From NCBI GenBank assembly GCA_035534755.1, contig DATLRH010000005.1:83881-147880 (forward strand): 64,000 bases of DNA, in the 5' to 3' direction. Within the stretch, counting starts at the first letter, position 1. Each line of letters starts with the position of its first letter. The DNA comes from Candidatus Dormiibacterota bacterium (GTDB lineage Bacteria; Chloroflexota; Dormibacteria; Aeolococcales; Bog-877). The position numbers were made by a program, and so were the translations under genes. Positions 8,759 to 19,220 of this stretch are shown piece by piece. The notes under the pieces are model-generated. The model had not been told where the DNA came from and searched no databases. It saw nothing but the letters and a program-made list of their open reading frames with translations.

Positions 8759-10636
8759 TCAGATTCGCTCCAGCGGAGTCAGGCCTAGCAGCTCGAGCGA
8801 ACGGGCCAGGGTCGCCCGGGTCGCATCCACCAGCCCCCGCCGCAGGCCGCGAAGATCCCGATCCTCAAGCTGGTATAGGCGGCCGGAGTGCTCATAGAAA
8901 TCGTTGAACGCAGTGGCCAGCGCGAAGGTGTAGCCGGCCAGGGTCGAGGGGCTGAGCCCATCCGCAGACTCCGCGACCACCCGCGGGAAGCGCTCGATCA
9001 TCTTCACTAGCGCCTGCTCGGCGAGGCTGAGCTCGGGCATCTCTTGAGGCATCGGGAGGGGTTCAACTTTGGCCAGTATTCCACAGGCCCGGGCGTGGGC
9101 ATATTGCAGGTAGACCCCGGTGTCCCCGCTCGTCCGCAAGGCCTCGCCGAAGTCGAAATTGATGATCGAATTGAGCCCGAAGCGGAGCAGGTAGTAGCGG
9201 ACCGCGCTGGCCGCAAGCAGGCCCGCGGTGGTCCCGTCGCGGGCTTTGGAGCGGACCTGGCGCTCGGCTTCGTCAAGAAGGTCGTCGGCCCCGACCTCGA
9301 TGCCGCGGCGCCCGCTCAGCGTGTACATCGCCTTGCCCTCCCTTATGTCGAAGCCGAGGGCCGCCGCCGCGTTTGGAGAGAGCGCGACCACCTCGTACGC
9401 GAGGTGGTGCAGGGCCTTGGCCTGAGCCTCGAAACCAAGCCTGCGCAGAGCCGACTGCACTGCTCTCTGGGGCGCGGCCTGGCGCTGGTCGATCACGTTG
9501 ACCACGCGGGCGCCTCTCCCGAAGCGGCTCGGAGAAAGCTGGGCGAGCCCAGGATCGGCCGTCGTCGATGCCGGCCCCTGCGGCGACCAGAGTCGATAGT
9601 CGAAGTCGAGGCCCAGCACGCCGAACTTCCACAGATGGTAGGCAATGTCCTTACCCGTGTAGGTGGCGATGCCGTCACTCTTGACCAGGACCTTGGCGTC
9701 GCCGTCGTCGGCATCCTCCGTCGAGGTGCCGTCTTCGAGGGGAAGTACCCAGCATCCTTTGAGAGGCCCCGTGGAAGGCCTCCGAATTACCCCCGACTCC
9801 TGCATCCAGTCGAGGGCATGGCCCAGGAACCCGCGCTCGATGATGTCGGACTCCCAGGTCAGAAGGTCATAGCCCACCCCCGCTCGGGCCATCGTCCGCA
9901 GGTGGGCATCGACGATCTTTCCGGCGAGCTGCTTGGCGGCCACCGCGACTTCCCCTTCTCTCCCCTCGATCTGGCGCAGGGTGCGGACTCGCAGGGCCAC
10001 CAGCTCCGGCTCGGCCTCGTAGCGGCGACACACCTCCACGTAGGCGCGGGAGCAAAACCGGTCGAATGGCTCGTCGGCCGCCGGGGCTAGGCCCAGGTTG
10101 CGGATTCCCACCAGGACGTCGGCGACCTGGACGCCGGTGTCGTCGATGTAGTTCTGCACCTCGACCTGGTGACCCCGGGCCCGCAGCAAGCGGGCCACCG
10201 TGTCGCCGATGCAGGCGTTACGAAGGTGTCCGACGTGGGCCGCCTTATTGGGGTTGGTGGCGGTGTGCTCGACGATCACCTTGGGGCCGGCCAGAGGGTC
10301 GGGGCTGACCACTTCACCTAGGGCGAGCGAGCGCTCGATCACGGCGGGGGTGAGTGAGGCGAAATCAATCCTCAGGTTGAGATAGCCACCGCCGCTGACA
10401 GTGATCTCGCGGCTGTGCTCGACCGGCTGCTGGCCGAGGATCTGGGCCAGCTGGGCCGCGATCTCACGCGGCGGCCGCTTCAGGGAACGGGCGAGCCGGA
10501 AGGCGACCGCGGAGGAATAGTCTCCCATCTCGGGAACCGCCGACGGCTCCACGGCGAGGTCGGGGGCGGCACTCGCGCCCAGGCTCAGAACGGCACGCTC
10601 GAGGGCGCGCGCAAGCGAGTCCTGGAGATCGGGCAT
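8759..10636 (-). CDS. argS: Arginine--tRNA ligase
   Basis: 625 aa; HVGHLRN (HIGH-type) motif, the class I ArgRS catalytic core and a DALR anticodon-binding C-terminus. Confidence 0.9.
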   Translation of the reverse strand: MPDLQDSLARALERAVLSLGASAAPDLAVEPSAVPEMGDYSSAVAFRLARSLKRPPREIAAQLAQILGQQPVEHSREITVSGGGYLNLRIDFASLTPAVIERSLALGEVVSPDPLAGPKVIVEHTATNPNKAAHVGHLRNACIGDTVARLLRARGHQVEVQNYIDDTGVQVADVLVGIRNLGLAPAADEPFDRFCSRAYVEVCRRYEAEPELVALRVRTLRQIEGREGEVAVAAKQLAGKIVDAHLRTMARAGVGYDLLTWESDIIERGFLGHALDWMQESGVIRRPSTGPLKGCWVLPLEDGTSTEDADDGDAKVLVKSDGIATYTGKDIAYHLWKFGVLGLDFDYRLWSPQGPASTTADPGLAQLSPSRFGRGARVVNVIDQRQAAPQRAVQSALRRLGFEAQAKALHHLAYEVVALSPNAAAALGFDIREGKAMYTLSGRRGIEVGADDLLDEAERQVRSKARDGTTAGLLAASAVRYYLLRFGLNSIINFDFGEALRTSGDTGVYLQYAHARACGILAKVEPLPMPQEMPELSLAEQALVKMIERFPRVVAESADGLSPSTLAGYTFALATAFNDFYEHSGRLYQLEDRDLRGLRRGLVDATRATLARSLELLGLTPLERI

Positions 10637-10676
10637 AGGCGCGTGATCGTACCGCGTCAGGCGCCGGCGCCCTGCT

Positions 10677-11000
10677 TCAGACTAGACCGTCGAGCTTGGC
10701 CTTGAGGGTAGACTTCGGCTGGTAGCCGACCAGGCGCTGAACCGCCTCGCCGCCCTTGAAGAGGATCAGGGTGGGAATGCTCATCACGCCGAACTGACCT
10801 GCGACATTGGGATTGGCATCGACGTCGAGCTTGGCCACTTTGACCCTGGGGCCGTACTCAGTGGCTAGGTCCTCGACGATCGGAGCCAGCATTTTGCAAG
10901 GCGCGCACCAGTCAGCCCAGAAGTCCACAAGAACCGGCGTCTCGGACTTGATCACCTCGCTTTCGAAGGTCGCATCGCTCACCTGAACTGGCTCAGCCAT
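10677..11000 (-). CDS. trxA: Thioredoxin
   Basis: 107 aa with the WCAPCK active site ([14 protein letters not shown]). Confidence 0.9.
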   Translation of the reverse strand: MAEPVQVSDATFESEVIKSETPVLVDFWADWCAPCKMLAPIVEDLATEYGPRVKVAKLDVDANPNVAGQFGVMSIPTLILFKGGEAVQRLVGYQPKSTLKAKLDGLV

Positions 11001-11015
11001 GGTCTTCTCCCGGCG

Positions 11016-11354
11016 TCAGGCGCCTTGACCCGCTGGGGCGGCGCTCCCGGACGCTGAATCTGATTTCGGTGCCGTTGTTTTGGTCTCGCCCTTGCCGTCC
11101 CCGGTCCCGGCTGGAGCCGCGGCCGGGGTGGCCGCCGGCTTGGTTTCAGCGGTGGTCGGGGTGATCGAACTGGAGGACGAAGACCTGGAGTCGTTCTTGT
11201 AGAAACCCTGCCCCTTGAAGACGATCCCGACGGGGAATACCATCCGTCGGACCGGGGCGGCACAGATGGTGCACTCGCCTAGGGCTGGGTCTCGGATTCC
11301 TTGGACGGCCTCGAACTGATGACCGGCCTCGCAACGATAGGCGTAAGTAGGCAC
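11016..11354 (-). CDS. FmdB family zinc-ribbon protein with a Ser/Thr/Ala/Pro-rich C-terminal tail
   Basis: MPTYAYRCEAGHQFE...CTICAAPVRR is the FmdB/CxxC...CxxC zinc-ribbon signature. Confidence 0.7.
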   Translation of the reverse strand: MPTYAYRCEAGHQFEAVQGIRDPALGECTICAAPVRRMVFPVGIVFKGQGFYKNDSRSSSSSSITPTTAETKPAATPAAAPAGTGDGKGETKTTAPKSDSASGSAAPAGQGA

Positions 11355-11446
11355 TCCGTACTAAACCCTACCCGAATTGGCCCCAACTCCAAACTGAGTT
11401 CCGGCCTGGCGCCGCCCCTGCCCCGCCAGGAGCGGGACGGACGGAC

Positions 11447-12685
11447 TCAATCGAGGGCCATGAGGACGAGGCCGGCGGGCACCTTGGGGAAGAAGTAGGT
11501 CGACTTCTGGGGCATCGCCTCGTCCGCCACCGCTACCGCCGCCATCTCGGCGACCGAGGGTGGGTTGACCAGGAGTGCCACCCCGGCCAGGGCCAGGGCC
11601 AGCGCGTGCGCTTCCTGAGCATCGCGCGTGAAGCGCACCGCCCCGGCGGCGGCGGCGTCCGACCCGATCCCGAGCAGAGGTTCCAGGATCTCCCTTTCCA
11701 GCACGGCGACATCGAGCCTGAGCACCGGGCTGGGATTCGACCGGCGAGGGCGGCTGACCACCTCAGCGCCCGTCGTACCGATTAGACCAAAGGCGTGGGC
11801 CTGCGCGCGCAGGCCCCCGATCAGGGCGAGGGCCTCCGAGACCGTGCTGGCCGGCTCCCTCCGCCAGCCGCGACGGGCCAGTTCTGCTGCGATCGAGTCC
11901 ACCCCCCGAGTGGCCTGGGGAACCACCCGGTGGGTGGGCAGGATCACATTGCCAGGATCGGCCAGCGGGGAGACCAGAGTGAGCACCTGGCGGAGCCCCA
12001 GGTTGAGCGCCGTCTCGTAGCGGTGATGGCCATCGGCAATGAAAAGCCGGGTCTGGCTCAGTCCCTTGCTGACCTGGGCGGCGATCTCAGGGTTGCTCGC
12101 CCGCCACAGCTGGTGGCGCTCCGAGCCGTACTCGCCCGCGACGACCGCCTCGGCGAAGGGAGCTTCGGCGGACACGATCTCGACCAGCCGGGCGGTGACC
12201 GCCGGAGCGTCCTCGTAAAGCATAAAAATTGGCGACGTCTGCACCCGGGTTGCCTCGAGCAGGCGGAGCCGGTCAGCGCGGGGAGCAGTCATGGTCAGCT
12301 CATGACGGAGTACTTCGCGGCGCTCGTGAGCCACCGGCTCCACGCCAACGAAGCAGCCCAGTCGCTCGCGGGGGCCACCGCCGCCGGGCGGCCGGAAGGA
12401 GTGGCGATGAACGTACACCGAAGGCAGTTCGTCCTGAACCAGTACCCCCTCCTGAAGCCAGGCGTGCAGGTGGTCGCGGGCACGGGTGTACCGGTCCCGC
12501 TCTCCAGGGACGTCACCCTCAAAGTCGCGGCCCAATTCGATGCGAACGACGTTCTGAAGCGCTCTGCCGTAAAGCTCCAGCTGCAGCTGCGGGTGGATCA
12601 CGTCATAGGGAGGGGCCAAGACCGAGTCGAGCTGGACTAGCGACGGCTGGTAGAGAAGTCCGCGAAAGGCAGAGACCTCGGCCAC
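11447..12685 (-). CDS. DUF1015 family protein
   Basis: MAEVSAFRGLLY...PPYDVI N-terminus typical of DUF1015; lies immediately downstream of serA, a conserved pairing. Confidence 0.65.
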   Translation of the reverse strand: MAEVSAFRGLLYQPSLVQLDSVLAPPYDVIHPQLQLELYGRALQNVVRIELGRDFEGDVPGERDRYTRARDHLHAWLQEGVLVQDELPSVYVHRHSFRPPGGGGPRERLGCFVGVEPVAHERREVLRHELTMTAPRADRLRLLEATRVQTSPIFMLYEDAPAVTARLVEIVSAEAPFAEAVVAGEYGSERHQLWRASNPEIAAQVSKGLSQTRLFIADGHHRYETALNLGLRQVLTLVSPLADPGNVILPTHRVVPQATRGVDSIAAELARRGWRREPASTVSEALALIGGLRAQAHAFGLIGTTGAEVVSRPRRSNPSPVLRLDVAVLEREILEPLLGIGSDAAAAGAVRFTRDAQEAHALALALAGVALLVNPPSVAEMAAVAVADEAMPQKSTYFFPKVPAGLVLMALD

Positions 12686-12689
12686 TGGG

Positions 12690-14288
12690 CTAGAAGGAGA
12701 CCAGGTGAAGGTCGGTCACCCCGTCGATGGCCCTCAGCTCGGCGGCCAGCGCCGGCGGGACCGACTCGTCGATCTTGACGGCGGTGACAGCCCTCCCCCG
12801 AGGCGCGTCACGTCCCACCTGCATCTCCGCGATGTTCACATTGGCCTGCCCGAGCAGCTGCCCAATGGAGCCGATCAGGCCGGGCCGGTCTTGATGTTCG
12901 AAGAAGAGGAACCTACCGTGCGGGTCGAGATCTATGCGCAGACCGTTCAGCCGGACAATCCTTGGCTCGCCGCTGGCCGTGGTGCCTTCCAATTCAGATG
13001 GGCCATCGCCGTCCACCCGCAACACCAATGAGCTTGACCAGGTGCCGGGACCCCGGCCGCGCTGCTCGGTCACCTCGATGCCGCGCTGGCGGGCAACCGC
13101 CCGAGCGTTGACCGCCGTGACCCGGTCCTGAGTGAAGGTGCGCAGGATCCCGCCCAGGGCCTCGGCCGTGATCGAACCCGGCTGGACTGCGGCGAGATCT
13201 CCCCGAAAGAGCATCTCGACACCTCGGATCCTACCCCCCCCCAACTGCGCGTACAGGCTCCCCATAGTCGCCGCCAGGGCCTGATATGGCACGATCAGGC
13301 TGGCCTCCTCGGGCGCGACGGCCGGAGCGTTTACGGCCCAGCGAGCCGGCCGGCCGGCGAGGACCTCGGCGATCTGGTCGGCCACGTCATTGGCTACCGA
13401 GAGCTGGGCTTCCACAGTGGACGCCCCCAGGTGCGGCGTGACCAATATCGCTGGCTCATGGAGCAGGGGGTTGTCCGGGTCGGGAGGCTCTTTGGTAAAG
13501 ACGTCGACGGCCGCGCCCGCCAGGTGGGCAAGACGAACCGCATCCGCCAGAGCGCCCTCGTCGACGATGCCGCCCCGGCCGACATTGAGAACTCTCGATC
13601 CCTGGGGCATCCGGGCCAGCTGCTCGGGGCCGATCAGACCGCGAGTAGCCTCGCTCAGTGGGGTGTGGACCGTGAGCACATCGGCCCGGGCCAGCGCCTC
13701 GTCCAGGCTGAGCAGCTCGACCCCCAACTGCTCGGCGCGCTCCCGGGAGACGAGGGGGTCGAAGGCGACCACTCGCATCTGCAGGCCCTGGGCCATGCGG
13801 GCTACTTCGGCACCAATCTTGCCCAGGCCGATGACCGCCAGGGTCTTGCCGCGCAGCTCGCTCCCGACCAGCTGGGCGCGCTCCCACCGCCCGCTTCGAA
13901 GAGCCGAGTCACCACGGGCGACATTCCGGACCAGAGCCAGCATCAAGGCCAGGGTGTGCTCCGCAGCGGCCACGGTATTTCCAGTTGGAGCGTTGACCAC
14001 CAGGACGCCGTGGGCGCTCGCCGCCTCGACGTCGATGTTGTCGACCCCAACCCCGGCTCGGCCGATGACTCGGAGTTGGGCTCCAGCGGCGATCACCTTC
14101 GCAGTCACCTTGGTCTCGCTGCGCACCACCAGTGCCTGGAAGGGACCGACCCGCTCCGCCAGCTGCTCCTCGCTGAGCTTGAGGGCGACCTCGACTTCGC
14201 CGACAGCGCGAAGCCGGGCGATGCCGTCCGCGGCGATGGGGTCGGCGACCAGAATGCGGGGCCGGTCCGAAGCTATCGGCGAAGACAT
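12690..14288 (-). CDS. serA: D-3-phosphoglycerate dehydrogenase (long form with ACT domain)
   Basis: 2-hydroxyacid dehydrogenase NAD-binding motif (AVIGLGKIGAEVA) and catalytic domain plus a C-terminal ASB/ACT regulatory region; start placed at MSSPIASDRPRILVAD. Confidence 0.85.
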   Translation of the reverse strand: MSSPIASDRPRILVADPIAADGIARLRAVGEVEVALKLSEEQLAERVGPFQALVVRSETKVTAKVIAAGAQLRVIGRAGVGVDNIDVEAASAHGVLVVNAPTGNTVAAAEHTLALMLALVRNVARGDSALRSGRWERAQLVGSELRGKTLAVIGLGKIGAEVARMAQGLQMRVVAFDPLVSRERAEQLGVELLSLDEALARADVLTVHTPLSEATRGLIGPEQLARMPQGSRVLNVGRGGIVDEGALADAVRLAHLAGAAVDVFTKEPPDPDNPLLHEPAILVTPHLGASTVEAQLSVANDVADQIAEVLAGRPARWAVNAPAVAPEEASLIVPYQALAATMGSLYAQLGGGRIRGVEMLFRGDLAAVQPGSITAEALGGILRTFTQDRVTAVNARAVARQRGIEVTEQRGRGPGTWSSSLVLRVDGDGPSELEGTTASGEPRIVRLNGLRIDLDPHGRFLFFEHQDRPGLIGSIGQLLGQANVNIAEMQVGRDAPRGRAVTAVKIDESVPPALAAELRAIDGVTDLHLVSF

Positions 14289-14367
14289 GAGAAGTTCCTC
14301 TGGGGCATGAGCGCACGGGCTCCAAGGGCGGCTGCGCGGCAGCGGTTCCTCCCGGGCCAAGGCCAGT

Positions 14368-15197
14368 CTATCGGACCCGGGCGCGACGCCTCGTCTTGGG
14401 TTCCCAGAGCCTGATTCCGCCCAGCAGCCCGGCCGCATTGTCCACCAGTGTCACGTCGTCGCCCAGCGGGACCCGCACATGGGTCGAATTGCCCCCGCCC
14501 ACGTAAAGGTGATCGAAAAAGAGGAGTGCCCTGACTGTCTCCACCGTCCGCAGCACCCGGCGGTTCCAGCGCTTGTTGCCGACCTTGCTCCGAGCCGCAT
14601 CGCCGACGTACTCGCTGTAGGTGCGGTCGCCGTGGCAAGGATGGTGGGCCAACTCGAGATGGACTGATGGAACCCCGTCCTGAAAGACGGCACTTCCGAA
14701 CGCGGTCCCCAGGGTGACCACCACCTCCAGTCCTTTACCTTTTATCACCGCCAGTCCCTGCACCTCGGCGTCATTACCCACCCGCACCGGGCGGCCCAGT
14801 GCCCGGGTCCCGGCTCGGGCGAGATTGAAGTGACTCCAGGCCCGCTCCAGGGGGGGGGAGATGGCGGTTCCCTCCCCGCCCTCCCTGATGAAGTGAGGTG
14901 CGCTCAGGACAACTCCGGCCCGGACCACACCGGGAAACCCAACCGAGACCCGGTCGAATTCGGGACCCGACCCCGCCAGCTTCTTGAACACCCGGATCAT
15001 GTCCGACGGGCTGAGGGGATATTCGGTCTTCACCCTGGTCGCCGCGGCACGAGGCTTCCCGGCGCTATCGAGGACCTCCGCCTTGATACCGGTGCCCCCG
15101 ACGTCGATGGTCAGCGTGTCCTGGGATCGGCGCCGGGTGCGGCCCGGCGCGGCGCGGACCCCAACGGCGACCGGACGGCGGGCTACGGCCACGGTCA
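14368..15197 (-). CDS. ppgK: Polyphosphate glucokinase / ROK family sugar kinase
   Basis: LTIDVGGTGIKAEV N-terminal ATP-binding motif typical of PPGK; ~276 aa from MTVAVARRP. Confidence 0.75.
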
Positions 15198-15292
15198 TTG
15201 GCCTCCTCTGCGACTGCGGACCCCTCGGCACTGTACCTCGCCGACGCTAGTTTTGGGCCCCTCGGGGGTGGCGCCCAGGCCGCTCCGGGCCC

Positions 15293-15526
15293 TTAGTGCT
15301 GGTCGGTCGCGAAGGGAAGAAGCGCCATGTGCCGGGCGCGCTTGAGGGCGACCGTTAGCCGCCGCTGGTGCAGCGAACAGGTCCCGGTCACCCGCCGGGG
15401 CAGTATCTTGCCGCGTTCGCTGATGTATCGGCGCAGCCGGGAGACCTCCTTGTGGTCTACCTCCACGATGCGCTCCAGGCAGAAGTTGCAGACTTTGCGT
15501 GGGCGGCGCCGGGCGTACTCCGACAT
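15293..15526 (-). CDS. rpsR: 30S ribosomal protein S18
   Basis: 77 aa; [38 protein letters not shown]... conserved S18 core. Confidence 0.9.
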   Translation of the reverse strand: MSEYARRRPRKVCNFCLERIVEVDHKEVSRLRRYISERGKILPRRVTGTCSLHQRRLTVALKRARHMALLPFATDQH

Positions 15527-15568
15527 GCTCTGTTCTCTCAGCCTCCGAATGGTCTGTTCACGGCTCGC

Positions 15569-16054
15569 CTAGAAGGGTATGTCGTCAGGGTCGATATCCC
15601 CGTCGGGAACTTCGGCCAGGACCGGGGCCGCCTCGTCGCCGCCGGCGGGAGTTGGAAAGGACTGCACCCGGGGACCGCTGTCGCCTCCGTCCGAAGTGGA
15701 TCCCTTCGGGTCAAGGAATTGGATGTCGTTACAGTTGACCTCGGTGCGGTAACGCTTCTGGCCGTCCTGGCCGTCCCAGGAGCGAGTCTGGAGCCTTCCC
15801 TCGATGTAGACCAGGCTGCCTTTGCGGAGGAACTGGCCCGCCAGCTCGGCCAACTTGCGTTGGCCCATGTTCCAGACCACCACGTCGTGATAGTCGGTGA
15901 ACTCACGGCGCTCACCGTCCTGCGAGCTGCTGTAGCGGTTGGTGGCGATTCGCAGCTGGGTCACCGGAACCCCGCTGGGCAGATACCGCATCTCGGGATC
16001 CGCTGTGCAGCGACCAATCAGCATCACTCGATTGAGCGAACCCGCCATCGTCAC
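15569..16054 (-). CDS. ssb: Single-stranded DNA-binding protein
   Basis: OB-fold N-terminus (LNRVMLIGRCTADPEMRY), Gly/acidic tail ending DDIPF. Confidence 0.9.
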   Translation of the reverse strand: MTMAGSLNRVMLIGRCTADPEMRYLPSGVPVTQLRIATNRYSSSQDGERREFTDYHDVVVWNMGQRKLAELAGQFLRKGSLVYIEGRLQTRSWDGQDGQKRYRTEVNCNDIQFLDPKGSTSDGGDSGPRVQSFPTPAGGDEAAPVLAEVPDGDIDPDDIPF

Positions 16055-16542
16055 TCCTCCCCGTTCTCATCGCCGGCCAGCTCCTTAGGGCCGTCGGCCA
16101 ACTCGATGACTGCCGGCTCCCCTCCGCTATCGACGTCTTCAGCACTGTCCCCTGGCCCGGCGCCCTCGGGGACGGTCTCGCCGCCCGCGTCACCGCGCTC
16201 TTTGCTGCGGGTGCGAACTCGCCCCCTGCGGTCCTCGTCGCCAGGCAAGTAGTAGACCTGCTTGAGACTGATCAGATGGCGGATCACCCGGTCGTCGAGT
16301 CGAAGCTGCCTCTCCAACTCGCGGACTTTATCCGCCGGCAGCGTCAACTCCTTGAGGGCGTAGTACCCGTCGTTGAACCCGGCGATGGGATAGGCCAGCC
16401 GGCGGCGACCCCAGAGCGAGGACTTCGTCAACTCACCGCCGTGCCCGGGAACCAAGGCCGCAATCTCGTCCATGGTGGTGCGCACCTGATCCTCGTCGAT
16501 ATCAGGTCGGACGATGTAGAAGAGCTCGTACTCGCGACTCAA
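16051..16542 (-). CDS. rpsF: 30S ribosomal protein S6 with a long acidic C-terminal extension
   Basis: MSREYELFYIVRPDIDEDQV...YYALKELTLPADKV matches S6; ATGA overlap with ssb. Confidence 0.85.
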   Translation of the reverse strand: MSREYELFYIVRPDIDEDQVRTTMDEIAALVPGHGGELTKSSLWGRRRLAYPIAGFNDGYYALKELTLPADKVRELERQLRLDDRVIRHLISLKQVYYLPGDEDRRGRVRTRSKERGDAGGETVPEGAGPGDSAEDVDSGGEPAVIELADGPKELAGDENGEE

Positions 16543-16656
16543 GACAGACGCCTCCCAGAACCTGTGGGTATGCAGCCGGCTGGGGACCGGGTGCAGGGAG
16601 TCTGAAGTCTAGCATTCGAGCTCACGCGCCCACCCAGGGTGGGCTCGACGGTCGGT

Positions 16657-17475
16657 CTAGGACCCGAGCTCCAGCACCTTCACCAGCCGCTGGCCATACC
16701 AGCGACTAAATAGAGCCACCGCGACAGCCAACGCCACGACCAACAGCACCACCACCAGGGGATGCAGCGGGCTGCTCGAAAGCGGCAACAAAGCGCCAAT
16801 CAAGCACCCCAGAGCTAGCGCGACCGCTACCGCGGCAAGCGAAAGTAGGGGCAGCCAGACGGAGATCCTGATGGCCCGACTGACCGGCGGGGGGGACATG
16901 GAAGCGAGTCGATCCCGGCGGATGACGGTCAGAGTTTGTACGTAATTCAGGGCCGGGGTGACCGTCAGTCCGACCACGGTAGCCCCTCCGTGTAACTTCT
17001 CGAAGAGTTCCGATCGCACCCGGAACTGCTCAACGTTCTTGCCCACCGTTAGTGCTACGGTCGCCAGGCTGGGAGTCGGAGAGACGAGGCTGGCGCCCAC
17101 CAACGGTCCCTGAACCGTGCGGGCCGGCAGGCGCCGGTCTCGGCGCATCGCCCGCATGGGCGGCGCCACCACAGAGGCTGAGAGCCCGACGATGGTCAGA
17201 GCCACAAGCAGGACCACCATGCCCAGGAGCAGGTCATGCTGACCGATCTCTACCAGAATGGCAAAGACGGCGGCGATGATCAGGAGCAGGCTAACCAGCG
17301 CCACCCCCAGGGTGAGGCGCCGGACCATCCCTGGGGCTAGGCCCTCCAGCAGTCCACCCCGGCTCATCACGTCGGATCGCCTTGGCGCCTGTGCCTGATC
17401 TCGAACGGCGGTTCGCTGCTGGCTCTCCAAGCGAGCCTGGCGACGGCGGAGTTCTCGACTTCCCGGGTTACGCAT
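16657..17475 (-). CDS. Hypothetical membrane protein (possible membrane-flanked bPH_2/DUF304-like topology)
   Basis: Several hydrophobic helices flank a soluble middle segment; good GC3 bias; no recognisable catalytic motif. Confidence 0.35.
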   Translation of the reverse strand: MRNPGSRELRRRQARLESQQRTAVRDQAQAPRRSDVMSRGGLLEGLAPGMVRRLTLGVALVSLLLIIAAVFAILVEIGQHDLLLGMVVLLVALTIVGLSASVVAPPMRAMRRDRRLPARTVQGPLVGASLVSPTPSLATVALTVGKNVEQFRVRSELFEKLHGGATVVGLTVTPALNYVQTLTVIRRDRLASMSPPPVSRAIRISVWLPLLSLAAVAVALALGCLIGALLPLSSSPLHPLVVVLLVVALAVAVALFSRWYGQRLVKVLELGS

Positions 17476-17657
17476 GGGATGCTAAGGATCGCATTTGGGG
17501 AGCGGTCGGCGTGCCGAAGGTGCGCTCAGCGGCCCCGGAAGGCGGTCCACTCTCCAAGGCTTGGGAGCCGCTTACCCGCTCGCCCAGGTGCCCTGCTTTG
17601 AGCTCGATGCGAGCCTGGGAAGGGGTCGAGCGGAGCAGGATGGGACCGCGGCCACGA

Positions 17658-17969
17658 TCAGGCTATAGGCGCCCTTCTCCGAGCCAATTCGCCCCCCGCG
17701 CAGAGCACGAGCACGAACGGGCCTAGGATGGCCGCGCCGAGAATCAGCCTGTCTGCCATGAGAAGGGGATGGTCCCGGGTGAGCGCTTCACGATGTGTGG
17801 GGCTGAAGACGAATTTCAGCGGCGTCCCCCGCTCTCCTCGTGACCAGGCGGCCACGCCCGCAGCCACTATCACCAAACCGTTGAGAGCGATCCCGCCGAG
17901 AAGGGCGGCTCCCCGTCGCTGGCGATTGACTCCGTAGGAGATTGAGATGGCCGCGGCGACAGCTGCCAC
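17658..17969 (-). CDS. Hypothetical small membrane protein
   Basis: Hydrophobic segments; GTG start; the frame stays open upstream so the N-terminus is uncertain. Confidence 0.25.
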   Translation of the reverse strand: MAAVAAAISISYGVNRQRRGAALLGGIALNGLVIVAAGVAAWSRGERGTPLKFVFSPTHREALTRDHPLLMADRLILGAAILGPFVLVLCAGGELARRRAPIA

Positions 17970-18149
17970 GATCGAGAGCTCCCCCGTCGAGAACCCAACC
18001 CCGCTAAGTTGGTTGTGCCCGGCGACCCTGCGAATCCCGCCGTCAGCGTAGACGCGGCGCCATTGGCGGTACGCAACCCTGGCGCGCAGGGACTTCTCGA
18101 ATCCGCCCGCCGACGGCGGACCATTGCCGGGACTGAAGTCAGCCGAGTA

Positions 18150-18223
<74 letters not shown>

Positions 18224-18272
18224 CGCCTTCGCCGGGGGCCCAGTCTACCGAACGTCAGAACCGCCTCCTTCC

Positions 18273-19220
18273 CTATCCCAACCCCGGCTGAACCTGCTCC
18301 ACTGAGTAGCCGAGCTGGGTCAGGATCGGGATCGTGCCGACTGTCACCGTCGGGAGTCGGTGAACCGCGACCCCGTCGGACCAGAACCCTGATGCGGTCA
18401 CCTGGTAGGCGAGACTCACCCGCATGGCTCCACCGACGTCGTAGGTCTGAGGGATCCAGGATCCGCTCGATGACGTCGTCCCGTCGGGCCAGGTCCAGGT
18501 CGCCGCCTCGGGCACCGCCTCGACCAACCACACGACATGCAGCGATTCGCCCAGATCTCCGTCTCCTAGATCGGGCTCGGAAAGATCGATCTCCGCGTAT
18601 GCCGTGACTGGAACCGGAGCTAGCGTCGCCTCCACCGGAACCCCCACAACTCCCGGCCCCGGGGGCGTCGCGGCAATCGACTCCGCCGGTACCTGGCCAG
18701 CGACCGCGGCCAGGAAAGCGCGCGGATTCAGCCCTGGTAGACAGGCAGAAGGAGCCGTCCCCTGTGAGCAGGGGCTCGGCGTCCTAGGTGCGGAGGTGAC
18801 CCGGGTAAATCGGACAACGCCTCCGACCCCGCAACTAACGGTGTACACCCAGCCCCAATCGGTAAGCGGCGTCGAAAAGACCAGGGGAATCCGCTGGCCA
18901 CCAAGCGTCCACAGACCTCCATTCGGGCCGCCCATCATGTCGACGGACGGCACCGCCCACTCGGTGGTGAGGTAGGGTGCGCAAGCCTGGGCTATTGTCG
19001 GGAAAGCCGTGCTCCAAGCGTGGGTCAATGACGGATGCGTGGGTGCGCTCGGGCCTTCCAGCGCGATGCAATTGCCACCGAATTCTGTCGCCGAAATGCT
19101 TGCGCGACATCCAACACTCGAACCCCCCAGCCCGTAACTGGCATTGGCTATAGACGGTTCCCAGACAGAGACGAGCGCGAGTCCAGCTAGCAGGGCGACT
19201 AGAGCACGGATACGTCGCAT
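18273..19220 (-). CDS. Hypothetical secreted protein (signal peptide, multiple Cys)
   Basis: MRRIRALVALLAGLALVS... signal-like N-terminus; several Cys pairs; lower GC than surrounding genes; no known motif. Confidence 0.4.
   Translation of the reverse strand: MRRIRALVALLAGLALVSVWEPSIANASYGLGGSSVGCRASISATEFGGNCIALEGPSAPTHPSLTHAWSTAFPTIAQACAPYLTTEWAVPSVDMMGGPNGGLWTLGGQRIPLVFSTPLTDWGWVYTVSCGVGGVVRFTRVTSAPRTPSPCSQGTAPSACLPGLNPRAFLAAVAGQVPAESIAATPPGPGVVGVPVEATLAPVPVTAYAEIDLSEPDLGDGDLGESLHVVWLVEAVPEAATWTWPDGTTSSSGSWIPQTYDVGGAMRVSLAYQVTASGFWSDGVAVHRLPTVTVGTIPILTQLGYSVEQVQPGLG

Noticed and set aside
16543-16656. Possible rpsF (S6:S18) autoregulatory leader structure upstream of rpsF
   Set aside because: I could not identify the conserved leader motif by eye; it needs a covariance-model search.
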